A DNA stretch of 64,000 bases from NCBI GenBank assembly GCA_036677445.1, contig JAVBWI010000019.1, positions 1,535 through 65,534 on the forward strand, read 5' to 3'. The position numbers were made by a program, and so were the translations under genes. Positions 10,331-19,844 of the stretch are shown piece by piece (the stretch's first letter is position 1; every line of letters begins with the position of its first letter). Origin of the DNA: Clostridia bacterium (GTDB lineage Bacteria > Bacillota > Clostridia > Christensenellales > CAG-138). The notes beneath the pieces are model-generated. The model made no database searches and had not been told where the DNA came from. It was given only the letters and a program-made list of their open reading frames with translations.

Positions 10331-11599
10331 ATGGAAAAGAAAGGACAAGCACTGAAACTGGGGATTTTAGGCATACAGCATGTGTTCGCCATGTTCGGCG
10401 CTACGGTGCTGGTGCCTGCGCTCACAGGGCTTAACCCTGCGGTAGCGTTATTCTGCGCAGGTGTGGGTACATGGCTGTTTCATCTGGTCACCAAACGCAA
10501 GGTTCCGGTATTTCTGGGTTCCAGCTTTGCGTTTATGCCGGCCGTTGTAACGGTTGCGACCACTTTCTCAAGCGGAGCGGAATTCGGTTCGGACGCTTAC
10601 CTTGCGGCGCTGCCGTATGCTACCGGCGGCATTATCGTGGCTGGCGCGCTGTACTTGGTGCTTGCTTTGCTCGTCAAGCTTTTTGGCGCGGAAAAGATCC
10701 GCAGCTTCTTCCCGCCCGTGATCACGGGTACGATGGTCATCATCATCGGGCTCATGCTGGCGCCGGTTGCGATTTCGGGCATCGTATCGCAAATGACCAT
10801 TGGCGAGGCGGTGCTGCCAATGTGGAAGAACTGGGTCATTGCGGTCATCACGATATTTGCAATTATTGCAGGCACGCTCTACGCAAAAGGCTTTTTCAAG
10901 CTGGTTCCCATACTCATCGGCATTGTGGTGGGCTATTTGCTTTCCCTGGCGCTGGGCGCGGTGAATACGCAGCCGCTTACGAAGGCGGCATGGATACAGG
11001 TGCCCGCTTTCTTCCTGCCCAAGTTTGACTGGGGCGCGATACTGATGATTGCGCCGATCGCCATCGTTACGTTTGTGGAGCATATCGGCGACATTACCGC
11101 CAACGGCGCGGTTACAGGGCAGGATTACATCCAAGACCCCGGCCTGCACCGTACGCTCATCGGCGATGGCCTTGCAACCATGCTTGCGGGCGCTTTGGGC
11201 GGCCCGGCCAATACCACCTATTCCGAGAACACCGGCGTACTTGCGGCAACCCACAATTATAATCCTGTCACGCTGCGCATCGCGGCGACGGTCGCACTCC
11301 TGATCAGCTTTGTCGGCAAGCTGGGCGCCGTGCTGCAAACCATACCGGGTCCCGTTATGGGCGGCGTGAGCGTGGTGCTCTTCGGTATGATCGCGGCGGT
11401 CGGACTGCGTACGCTGATTGAAAACCAGGTGGATTTCAAAAACAGCCGCAACCTGCTGATTACGGCGGTCATGCTGGTCATGGCGCTTGGCGGCGCTACC
11501 ATCAGCTTTGGCCCGGTCAGCTTCTCCGGCGTGGCGCTTTCGGCAGTGCTGGGAATATTCCTCAACAAGGTACTGCCCGTAAAGATCGAAAAAGACTAA
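10331..11599 (+). CDS. pyrP: Uracil permease (NCS2 family)
   Basis: 422-aa polytopic membrane protein with NCS2 signatures (GIQHVFAMFGATVLVP, TYSENTGVLA). It lies directly downstream of pyrR. Confidence 0.9.
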   Translation: MEKKGQALKLGILGIQHVFAMFGATVLVPALTGLNPAVALFCAGVGTWLFHLVTKRKVPVFLGSSFAFMPAVVTVATTFSSGAEFGSDAYLAALPYATGGIIVAGALYLVLALLVKLFGAEKIRSFFPPVITGTMVIIIGLMLAPVAISGIVSQMTIGEAVLPMWKNWVIAVITIFAIIAGTLYAKGFFKLVPILIGIVVGYLLSLALGAVNTQPLTKAAWIQVPAFFLPKFDWGAILMIAPIAIVTFVEHIGDITANGAVTGQDYIQDPGLHRTLIGDGLATMLAGALGGPANTTYSENTGVLAATHNYNPVTLRIAATVALLISFVGKLGAVLQTIPGPVMGGVSVVLFGMIAAVGLRTLIENQVDFKNSRNLLITAVMLVMALGGATISFGPVSFSGVALSAVLGIFLNKVLPVKIEKD

Positions 11600-11615
11600 C
11601 TTACAAAATGGCTCT

Positions 11616-11650
11616 CCGCCCCCGGCCAGATATGGCCGGGGGCGGTTTTT
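11616..11650 (+). terminator. Intrinsic terminator of pyrR-pyrP
   Basis: CCGCCCCCGGCC-agatat-GGCCGGGGGCGG followed by TTTTT. Confidence 0.85.
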
Positions 11651-11767
11651 GTTGCACGAAGTTAACAACAAATTGCAAATATGCAGTTGCAAATCGGATG
11701 ATCCGGTTGTACACTATACATAAACAATCGCTTATATGTTTATATGTTATAGCGTGGAGGGGCGAAT

Positions 11768-12193
11768 ATGCAGGAAAAAAAGCAATTTCCCGTCTGTCAG
11801 GCGGAACACATCGACGCGCAGCATGAGCATTATATCATTTCCCAAATACCGGATGAAGACGCCGCTGTGGACGCTGCGGAGTTGTTCCGGCAGCTGAGCG
11901 ATTCCACCCGCGTACGGCTGTTGTCCATGTTGGCCATTGAAGACATGTGCGTGTGCGAAATGGCGGATATTTTGGGTATGAGCCAGCCTGCGGTGTCCCA
12001 TCACCTGCGTTCGCTCAGGCAATGCGGCGTGATTCGCTTTAAAAAAACCGGCAAGCGTGCCGTGTATTATTTAAACGACAACAATACCGGACGCATGGTG
12101 CGCCATGTGCTGCACGATATTTGCAGCGGCGAAGCGGCGGCGTGCCTGCAGCAAAAAGCGCCGTGCGAACTGTGCGGGGAGGAAGAAGAATGA
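11768..12193 (+). CDS. ArsR/SmtB-family metal-sensing repressor (CadC/CzrA-like)
   Basis: wHTH region STRVRLLSML....CVCE.A.ILGMSQPAVSHHLR.L, with CVC in helix alpha3. Its stop overlaps the start of a P1B ATPase. Confidence 0.88.
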   Translation: MQEKKQFPVCQAEHIDAQHEHYIISQIPDEDAAVDAAELFRQLSDSTRVRLLSMLAIEDMCVCEMADILGMSQPAVSHHLRSLRQCGVIRFKKTGKRAVYYLNDNNTGRMVRHVLHDICSGEAAACLQQKAPCELCGEEEE

Positions 12194-14160
12194 GCGGCGA
12201 GCAAACAAAGAACGGATACAAAACGGAACATATGCACGAATCCGGCCATGCGCAGGATATCTGCGAAGGTGATTCCTGCTGCATTGGCGAAGGCTGCGGT
12301 GCCGGCTGCAGCGCCTGCGGCCACGCGCACGACGAGCCGTCTAATCCGTGGAAGCAATGGCTGTCCATATTGTCGGGCGCGGCGCTGTTCGCGGCCGCTC
12401 TCCTGACAAAAGGCGTCTTGAGTACGGTTTTGTTCTTCGCGGCATATGCCCTGCTCGGCATGCCGGTGCTGCTGCAGGCCGCGCGCGATATCGGGCGCGG
12501 GCAGGTGTTTGGCGAAAGCTTTTTGATGGGTATTGCGACGATCGGTGCATTTGCCCTGGCGGAGTACGGCGAGGCCGTGGCGGTCATGCTGTTCTACCGC
12601 GTCGGGGAATACTTTCAGGACTTGGCTGTAGACCGCTCGCGCAGCACCATTCGCTCTGCGGTAGATCTAAGGCCGGATACCGCGCGTGTTTTACGCGACG
12701 GCGCATGGGTGATTTCCGATCCCATGCTGATTTCGGCAGGCGAGCGGATACTTGTGGAGCCGGGCGAACGCATACCGCTCGACGGCAAGGTGCTTTCAGG
12801 CGAAAGCCGTGTGGATAACAGCGCGATTACGGGGGAATCCGTACCCGAGCGCGCCGCCCCGGGCCGCGAGGTCATGGCGGGCGGCATAAACCAAAGCGGG
12901 CCTTTGACGCTTGAGGTGCTGCGCGTTATGCAGGAGTCCGCGGCGGGGCGGATTCTTCGCGCCGTGGAGGACGCCGCCAAAGGCAAGCCGCGGCTGGAGA
13001 ACTTTATTACCCGTTTTGCACGGGTATATACGCCCGTCGTCGTGGGGCTGGCGGTATTGCTTTCGACGGTGCCGCCGCTCTTTGGGGCGGGCGCGTTTAC
13101 GGTCTGGCTGCACAGGGCGCTGCTGTTTCTCGTAATCTCCTGCCCGTGCGCGTTGGTCATCAGCGTACCGCTTACATTTTTCGCAGGGCTGGCGCATGCC
13201 TCTGCGCGCGGTGTACTCTTTAAGGGCGCCAACCGTATGGAGGCGCTGGCGAAAATCAATGCCGCGGTATTTGACAAGACAGGCACGCTTACCCGTGGGG
13301 TGTTCGAAGTGCAGCAGGTTTTTACGGCGGAAGGCTTTGAACCGGATGCGCTGCTGCGGTTGGCGGCCGCGGCGGAACACCACAGCCCCCACCCTGTGGC
13401 AAAGGCGATCCTGAAGGCCGCGGGCGAATATACCCCTGCCGAAGAGGTGCAGGAGCTTGCCGGCCGCGGCGTCTCCGCTCTTATTTCAGGCAAACGGGTG
13501 CTGGTTGGCAATGCGCGGCTTTTGCAGGAAGCAGGCGTCACGCCGCCGGAAATCGAACTGGGCACGGTCGCATATATTGCGGTGGATGGCGCCTATGCCG
13601 GGGCCGTCATCATTGCGGATACGCTCAAGCAGGATGCGGCGGACGCCGTGCGAAAGCTGAATAGACTGGTTGGGTACACGGCCATCCTCACGGGCGATGC
13701 CGCCGGCCCTGCGCAGCTTGCGGCGCAGCGGACGGGTGCGAGTCAGGTGTTTGCAAAGCTGCTGCCCGAGGAGAAACTCTCCCGCATGCAGGAAATTCGC
13801 GCCCGACACGGCCGCGTGTTGTTTGTGGGCGACGGTATCAACGATGCGCCGGTGCTCATGGGCGCGGATGTCGGAATGGCTGTCGGCGGCAGTGGTACGG
13901 ATATGGCGGTGGAGGCGGCCGACGTCGTGCTGCTTTCACCGGAGCTTACGGCAGTCCCTGACGCCGTGCAGCAAAGCCGCCGTACCATATCGGTGGCGCG
14001 GGTGAATATTGTGTTCGCGATCGGGATCAAAACCCTGGTGATGGCGCTTGGCGCTTTCGGTATCGCCAACATGTGGATGGCGGTGTTTGCGGACGTGGGT
14101 ACGGCGCTTCTTTGCGTGCTCAACGCGCTGCGGCTGCTGCCCGGCAAACGGAAAGCGTGA
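12190..14160 (+). CDS. Heavy-metal translocating P1B-type ATPase (Cd/Zn/Co-type CPC transporter)
   Basis: Motifs TGES, CPC (VISCPCALVISVP), DKTGTLT, GDGINDAP and HP (SPHPVA). The N-terminus is Cys/His-rich rather than a classical HMA fold. ATGA coupling to the ArsR gene supports the start at 12190. Confidence 0.92.
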   Translation: MSGEQTKNGYKTEHMHESGHAQDICEGDSCCIGEGCGAGCSACGHAHDEPSNPWKQWLSILSGAALFAAALLTKGVLSTVLFFAAYALLGMPVLLQAARDIGRGQVFGESFLMGIATIGAFALAEYGEAVAVMLFYRVGEYFQDLAVDRSRSTIRSAVDLRPDTARVLRDGAWVISDPMLISAGERILVEPGERIPLDGKVLSGESRVDNSAITGESVPERAAPGREVMAGGINQSGPLTLEVLRVMQESAAGRILRAVEDAAKGKPRLENFITRFARVYTPVVVGLAVLLSTVPPLFGAGAFTVWLHRALLFLVISCPCALVISVPLTFFAGLAHASARGVLFKGANRMEALAKINAAVFDKTGTLTRGVFEVQQVFTAEGFEPDALLRLAAAAEHHSPHPVAKAILKAAGEYTPAEEVQELAGRGVSALISGKRVLVGNARLLQEAGVTPPEIELGTVAYIAVDGAYAGAVIIADTLKQDAADAVRKLNRLVGYTAILTGDAAGPAQLAAQRTGASQVFAKLLPEEKLSRMQEIRARHGRVLFVGDGINDAPVLMGADVGMAVGGSGTDMAVEAADVVLLSPELTAVPDAVQQSRRTISVARVNIVFAIGIKTLVMALGAFGIANMWMAVFADVGTALLCVLNALRLLPGKRKA

Positions 14161-14303
14161 CATTGGCACGGGCGAATATGCGCGTATGGTGTTGATAAAA
14201 CACTATGCCCGGCTCCGACAGTCAAAATTCATAAAGCCGCCATATATTCAATGGCGGCTTTATGGTATTATTTTTAGGAAGTAAAGGGCGAAGGAGAAGA
14301 GGC

Positions 14304-14768
14304 ATGTACGAAAACGCGTATGACATCGTGGCCATGGGCATGCGTTACTTCTTTCTGCTGCTCATACTCTATATACTCATCCGTCTGGTGCAGCATGCGC
14401 TGAGCGAGTTCAAAGCCGTGCAGCAAATCAAGCAGCAGGTGCGCAGCGTATCGCCCGGCTATTTGGAGGTGCTTGCGCCTGAAGAACTGTGCGGGGAAAA
14501 ATACGCGCTGCGGCGCGAGAACACCATCGGCCGCAGCAAGCGGTGCGATATCCCCGTCATGCTTCCTTCCCTCGCGCTCATTCACGCCTTTTTATATGAA
14601 AAAAAGGACGGTCTTTATGTAACGGATTATGGAAGTCGCGCAGGCGTACTGCTAAACGGCGAGCGCATCGGCAAACGGGATGAACTGCTCTATACCGAGG
14701 ATACGCTGCAAATGGGCGAGCTTATTTGCACAGTGCATCTCTCCGGAGAGGAGGAAAAGGATGCGTAG
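14304..14768 (+). CDS. FHA-domain membrane protein
   Basis: An N-terminal TM helix is followed by an FHA signature (TIGRSKRCDI....L.LIHAFLY.....LYVTDYGSRAGVLLNGERI). ATG 14304 has an AAGGAGAAG RBS. Confidence 0.75.
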   Translation: MYENAYDIVAMGMRYFFLLLILYILIRLVQHALSEFKAVQQIKQQVRSVSPGYLEVLAPEELCGEKYALRRENTIGRSKRCDIPVMLPSLALIHAFLYEKKDGLYVTDYGSRAGVLLNGERIGKRDELLYTEDTLQMGELICTVHLSGEEEKDA

Positions 14769-16005
14769 ATGGAAACGTGTGAGCGCCGCGGGGCTGCTTA
14801 CGCTCATTATGCTATTCGAGCTGAGCGCTTTTTCCCTTCTGGCGTTCCGGAATCTGACGCTGGATTATACCGCCTTCCTGTTTGGCGGCATACTGGTGGC
14901 GCTGCTGCTGTTCCAGTATATTTCCCTTACCTCCATATTCCGCCATGTGGATCGTTACCTTCTCATCATCGCCAATGTACTGGTGGCCATGGGGCTTATC
15001 GTGCAGTACCGTATCGATCCGGATATCGCCTTCAAACAGGTAATTTGGTTCGGTATAGGCATGCTGGCGATGGTGTTCTGCATACTGTTCATGCGCCGGC
15101 CAAACATATTCCGGCGAATCAACTGGCTGTTGATGGCGGGCGGTCTCGGCGTCTTGGCGGTACTGTTTATAATCGGCAGCGAGGTATACGGCGCGAAGAA
15201 TTGGATTACCATCGCCGGGCAAAAGTTTCAGCCATCGGAATTTGTAAAGGTGGGTACGGTGTTCGTGCTGGCGCACTGGCTGACAAGCTCGCGCCAGGTG
15301 CGCGGCATCTGGCCGCTGCTCGTTTATATCGTGGGCGTTGTGGGGCTCCTGGTCATGGAACGCGACCTGGGCGCGGCGGTGCTCATCGCGGGTACGGCGC
15401 TTATCGTGTTCTATGTGGCGACGGGCAACAAGGCGCTTACGGGGTTGGGGCTTGCGGCGGGCTGCGCGGGCGCTGTGGCGAGCTATTATCTTTTTGACCA
15501 TGTGCGCGTGCGCGTTGCCATCTGGAAGAACCCGTGGGCGACGTATTCGGGCAACGGCTACCAGATCGCGCAGGGCCTGATGGCAATTGCGAGCGGCGGG
15601 CTTTGGGGAATGGGGCTTACGCGCGGCTCACCCAAGCTGATACCAGCCTACCATACGGATTATATTTTCGCCGTCATCTGTGAGGAATTCGGCGTGATCG
15701 TCGGCGTGTGCGTCATCGCGTTTTACCTGGTATTCATCGTACGCGGGGCGCTTATTGCGCTCAATGCGCCGGATCGCTTTACCATGCTGGTGGCGTTTGG
15801 CTGTACGGTGCTGATCACCCTGCAAAGCTTTATCATCATTGCGGGCGTCATCAAGCTGATACCGCTTACAGGCATCACATTGCCGTTTGTAAGCTATGGC
15901 GGCAGTTCCATGATCGGGAGCATGATGCTGCTGGGAATCCTTGAAGGCGTTGCCATACAGGGCGGCGAAACGCTGGAGCGTGCCTTAAAGGAGATGACGG
16001 CATGA
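14761..16005 (+). CDS. FtsW/RodA/SpoVE (SEDS) family peptidoglycan glycosyltransferase
   Basis: ~10-TM protein with SEDS motifs (QPSEFVK, GAAVL, DYIFAVICEEFG, PLTGITLPFVSYGGSS). Its start overlaps the FHA gene stop. Confidence 0.9.
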   Translation: MRRWKRVSAAGLLTLIMLFELSAFSLLAFRNLTLDYTAFLFGGILVALLLFQYISLTSIFRHVDRYLLIIANVLVAMGLIVQYRIDPDIAFKQVIWFGIGMLAMVFCILFMRRPNIFRRINWLLMAGGLGVLAVLFIIGSEVYGAKNWITIAGQKFQPSEFVKVGTVFVLAHWLTSSRQVRGIWPLLVYIVGVVGLLVMERDLGAAVLIAGTALIVFYVATGNKALTGLGLAAGCAGAVASYYLFDHVRVRVAIWKNPWATYSGNGYQIAQGLMAIASGGLWGMGLTRGSPKLIPAYHTDYIFAVICEEFGVIVGVCVIAFYLVFIVRGALIALNAPDRFTMLVAFGCTVLITLQSFIIIAGVIKLIPLTGITLPFVSYGGSSMIGSMMLLGILEGVAIQGGETLERALKEMTA

Positions 16006-17495
16006 ATACGAGGCAGAACATCAAGGGCATGCTCATTATATTCTGCGCGCTGTTCCTGGTGCTGTGCGTGTATCTTGTGTATACCATCAACGCCTATGGC
16101 ACGCGCTGGTTTTCCAGCCCCTACAACTCGCGGCTCAATACGCAGAAGAATAATGTCATCGCGGGGGATATTCTGGACCGTACAGGCAAAGTGCTCGCCA
16201 CCACGGATTCGGACGGGGATCGCGTGTATATCGACGGCAGCTCCGTCCGGCGCGCCACCTCGCATGTCGTGGGAGATAATTATGGCCAGACATTCGGCGC
16301 GGAGAATTTTTACTCAAAATACCTGCTCGGTTTTGATCAGACCATATTTGAACGCGTGTCGCAGGCGATTTCAGGCAAGCAGAGTAACGGCTCGGATGTG
16401 GTGCTCACCATTGACGCGGCGCTTTGCGGTGCCGCCTACGACGCCATGGACGATTATCGCGGTGCGGTGGTGGTGATGAACTATAAAACGGGCGAACTGC
16501 TCGCCTCGGTGAGCCAGCCCACGTTTGACCCCAAATATGTGGCGGATTATTTGAGCGGGGATAAGGCTCTTGACGAAAGCGCCATGGTCAACCGCGTGAC
16601 TGTAGGGCGCTATACGCCCGGCTCCGTATTCAAGATCGTGACCGCGCTCGCCGCCATCCGCTACCTGCCCGGCGTGACGGAGCGTACCTTCACCTGCGCC
16701 GGGCCGCTGGTATTTGATGCGAGGAACGGGAAATATCTCCCCAACGTGCATATCACCGCCGAAGAGGATGTCGCCAATGAAGAAAACGAAGCGGGCATGA
16801 GCGGGGAATACCTCGTGGTGCGGGATTACAATGACGAATACCACGGCGAGTTGGATCTTAAGACCGCGTTTGCCAAATCCTGCAACCATGTGTTCGCGCA
16901 GCTTGCCGTAGAGGTCGGCGCGGACCGGCTGCAGCGGGTTGCAAGGGATTTGGGCATTGGGGACGACTTTCTCTTTGACGATATGGTAACGGCGTCCAGC
17001 AGCTATGAAAAGCCCGGGTCTGATGTGAATCTCGCCTGGTCGGGCGTAGGGCAGTATACGGATTTGATGACGCCGCTGCAAATGTGTATGATCGTGGGCG
17101 GGATTGCGAACGACGGCATAATGATGGAACCCAAGCTGCTGATGTCCGTGCGGAACTCCATTGGCACATCGACTTATCAGTTCAAGACCGAGAGCTACCG
17201 CAAGGCGTTTTCGTCGGCCGAGGCGGCGCAGCTTTCCGAGTTCATGATCAATACGGTGGAAAAGGGTACGGGCCGCAAGGCTGCGGTTTCCGGCTGTACG
17301 GTAGCGGGCAAGACCGGAACGGCGGAGGTTTCTTCCGGCGATGGTGCGCCCAACGCGTGGTTTGCTGGCTTTGTGGAGGATGATGAACATCCGCTTGCAA
17401 TTTGCGTTGTGCTTGAAAAAGGCGGAAGTGGCGGCAGCAACGCTGCGCCGATCGCGGCAAAGGTGTTGAAAAAGGCCATTGCGCTGGGCTATTGA
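16002..17495 (+). CDS. Class B penicillin-binding protein (PBP2/transpeptidase)
   Basis: Signal anchor plus transpeptidase motifs SVFK (SxxK), SCN (AKSCNHVF, the SxN motif) and KTGTAE. ATGA overlap with the SEDS gene. Confidence 0.9.
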   Translation: MNTRQNIKGMLIIFCALFLVLCVYLVYTINAYGTRWFSSPYNSRLNTQKNNVIAGDILDRTGKVLATTDSDGDRVYIDGSSVRRATSHVVGDNYGQTFGAENFYSKYLLGFDQTIFERVSQAISGKQSNGSDVVLTIDAALCGAAYDAMDDYRGAVVVMNYKTGELLASVSQPTFDPKYVADYLSGDKALDESAMVNRVTVGRYTPGSVFKIVTALAAIRYLPGVTERTFTCAGPLVFDARNGKYLPNVHITAEEDVANEENEAGMSGEYLVVRDYNDEYHGELDLKTAFAKSCNHVFAQLAVEVGADRLQRVARDLGIGDDFLFDDMVTASSSYEKPGSDVNLAWSGVGQYTDLMTPLQMCMIVGGIANDGIMMEPKLLMSVRNSIGTSTYQFKTESYRKAFSSAEAAQLSEFMINTVEKGTGRKAAVSGCTVAGKTGTAEVSSGDGAPNAWFAGFVEDDEHPLAICVVLEKGGSGGSNAAPIAAKVLKKAIALGY

Positions 17496-17544
17496 GCGCT
17501 GAACCGGCTGCGTAAAATGATTTTCGGCTTACGGGGCATGCTAA

Positions 17545-18207
17545 ATGCATGTTCCGTTTTTATTTGGAAAAAGAGGAAGGTGGGACCTCTTGCATCTGTT
17601 CTTTATCATCGTGCTCTCGTTGCTGGCGATCATTCTTCTGGCTTTATGGTGGCCGGTACGGTTGGACGTACAGGCGCAGCTGGATATGCCAAGACGCGCG
17701 CAGGTTACCCTGTTTATTCGTTTTTTCAGCGGGCTCGTTCGACTGCGGTACAAGCTGGAGGCCAATCTGCTGAGTGAACCGTCCCTGACACTGCTGCTGT
17801 ATCAGGGAGAGGAAGCGCCGCGCGTGCTGTGGCGGCCGGGCCAAAGCCGCCCGCGCACACAGCGCATGGGCCTGCCCTTCAGGAAGATTTGGCGGCACGT
17901 ACGGCTTAAACGGCTGTGGCTCCTGGGCGAGCTGGGCATACGAGACGACGCGTTCTGGACGGTGATATTTACCGGCACGCTTTGCGCCGCACTGCAGAGC
18001 CTGTTGGTTGCGGCCTGCGCAGGTAAAGAACAGTCTTCTTTGGATGTACGCATACTGCCTGATTTTACCGGAGATCGTCTGCGGCTAAATTTGGAAGGCA
18101 TAGCCGATTGCCCACCGATACATATTATAAGCGCCATAATGATTTGGCATCTCAAGAACAGAAAGGGGCAAGCAACGGTATGGCACATCCTATCGAAAAC
18201 ATCATGA
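17545..18207 (+). CDS. Hypothetical membrane protein, YtfI (DUF2953)-like by position
   Basis: It has an N-terminal TM segment and sits directly upstream of, and overlapping, gerW/ytfJ, like ytfI in Bacillus. The family assignment is by synteny only. Confidence 0.45.
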   Translation: MHVPFLFGKRGRWDLLHLFFIIVLSLLAIILLALWWPVRLDVQAQLDMPRRAQVTLFIRFFSGLVRLRYKLEANLLSEPSLTLLLYQGEEAPRVLWRPGQSRPRTQRMGLPFRKIWRHVRLKRLWLLGELGIRDDAFWTVIFTGTLCAALQSLLVAACAGKEQSSLDVRILPDFTGDRLRLNLEGIADCPPIHIISAIMIWHLKNRKGQATVWHILSKTS

Positions 18208-18635
18208 AGACCACAATGGAACAGCTCAAGGAGATGGTGGACGTCAACACCATCATAGGCGACCCCGTCATGACCGGCGGCGATACGGTCATTGTACCGG
18301 TATCGCGCGTCTGTATGGGGTTCCTTTCCGGCGGCGGCGAATATGGGTCCAAGGCGAAACGGGACGAAAGGGAACCGCAGGAAGAAGGCCGGCACCCGTT
18401 TGCGGGCACGTCCGTCGCGGGCATGAACCTCACGCCTATGGCATTCTTGGCTATCAACGGCGGCGTTGTCCGTGTGCTGCCCGCGCACTACGACTGCACG
18501 CTGGATCGCATCATTGAGATGGTACCCGAAACCATAAGAGAAATCGACCGTATTGTCAAGGAAGCCTGCTCCTGTAAGCAACAGCAGCAAGGGCAGACGG
18601 AGTCGACGAAAAGCGGTTCAGCAGCCGGGGAATAG
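18180..18635 (+). CDS. gerW: Sporulation protein GerW/YtfJ family
   Basis: The N-terminus IENIMKTTMEQLKEMVDVNTIIGDPV......VIVPVSRV..GF..GGGEYG is the characteristic YtfJ/GerW sequence. Confidence 0.85.
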   Translation: MAHPIENIMKTTMEQLKEMVDVNTIIGDPVMTGGDTVIVPVSRVCMGFLSGGGEYGSKAKRDEREPQEEGRHPFAGTSVAGMNLTPMAFLAINGGVVRVLPAHYDCTLDRIIEMVPETIREIDRIVKEACSCKQQQQGQTESTKSGSAAGE

Positions 18636-18663
18636 CGGTGGCTGAGCGTAGCGGGAGAAGTGC

Positions 18664-19782
18664 ATGAAGGGGAGAAGGTTGATCGCTGCGCTGGCCATGC
18701 TATGCGCCTTGTGCTTAGCTATGCCTTGTAAGGCGGTGCAGGCGGAGGTAGGCGCGGCCGGCGCGGTGTTGATGGATGTGCAAACAACACGCGTGCTGTC
18801 CGCGCAGAATGCGCATACGCGGCTGCCCATGGCCAGCACCACAAAAGTCATGACGGCGCTTGTGGCGTTGGAAAACTGCGCGCTTGACGATATCGTAACC
18901 GTGACCAAGGACGCCTACGGCATGGAAGGATCCAGCATGTACCTGAACCTTGGCGAAAAGCTGACCATGGAGGACCTGCTCTATGGCCTTATGCTTTCTT
19001 CCGGAAACGATGCGGCGGTCGCCATCGCAGTACACGTGGGCGGCTCGGTGGAGGGCTTCGCGCAGATGATGAACAATCGGGCGGCTGCGCTTGGCTGCAC
19101 AAACACCAACTTTGTCACACCCAACGGTCTGCATAATGAAAACCACTATACCACGGCATACGATTTGGCGCTCATTGCAAGCGCCGCCATGAGAAACCCC
19201 GCATTCCGTGAGATTGTGGGCACAAAATACAGGCAGACCGCCTCGGGCGATGTCGTACGGACGCTGAAAAACAAAAACAAAATATTGTGGCAATACGAGG
19301 GCGGCAACGGCATTAAAACGGGCTTTACCAAGAATGCGGGCCGGTGCCTTGTGTTTTCGGCGGAACGCAACGGAAGCACGGTCGTCGGCGTCGTGCTTAA
19401 TTGCCCGGATATGTGGAACGCATCCACCAGCCTGCTGGATTTCGCGTTTAAAAACTATTCATGGAAGACGCTTGCCGACACGGGAGAGGTCGTACTTACC
19501 GCGCAAGTTGAAAAAGGCATGAAAAGCAGCTTGGAAATACTCGCCGAAAAGGATATACTGATTCCATTACGCGAAGAGGAGCCGGAGGATGCCGTGGAAC
19601 TGCGGGTGGATTGCCCGCAGCAAGTGGCTGCGCCGGTATTTGCGGGCCAAACAGTGGGGACGCTGGAGGCATGGTGCGACGGCAGGATGCTTGCGTCAAC
19701 GAAGCTGATCGCCGCGGAAACCGTGATGCGTAAGGAATATCCGTACTATTTGTGGCAGCTCGCGCGCGGTTGGGTCGCTTAG
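18664..19782 (+). CDS. D-alanyl-D-alanine carboxypeptidase (PBP5-type serine peptidase S11)
   Basis: Signal peptide plus all three catalytic motifs: ASTTK (SxxK), SSGND (SxN) and KTGFT (KTG). Confidence 0.9.
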   Translation: MKGRRLIAALAMLCALCLAMPCKAVQAEVGAAGAVLMDVQTTRVLSAQNAHTRLPMASTTKVMTALVALENCALDDIVTVTKDAYGMEGSSMYLNLGEKLTMEDLLYGLMLSSGNDAAVAIAVHVGGSVEGFAQMMNNRAAALGCTNTNFVTPNGLHNENHYTTAYDLALIASAAMRNPAFREIVGTKYRQTASGDVVRTLKNKNKILWQYEGGNGIKTGFTKNAGRCLVFSAERNGSTVVGVVLNCPDMWNASTSLLDFAFKNYSWKTLADTGEVVLTAQVEKGMKSSLEILAEKDILIPLREEEPEDAVELRVDCPQQVAAPVFAGQTVGTLEAWCDGRMLASTKLIAAETVMRKEYPYYLWQLARGWVA

Positions 19783-19844
19783 CCGACTGTGCGCCGGAAT
19801 TTTGCTGACTGAATTCGGTACGGCGTTAAGGGGTTGGTCAAGGG

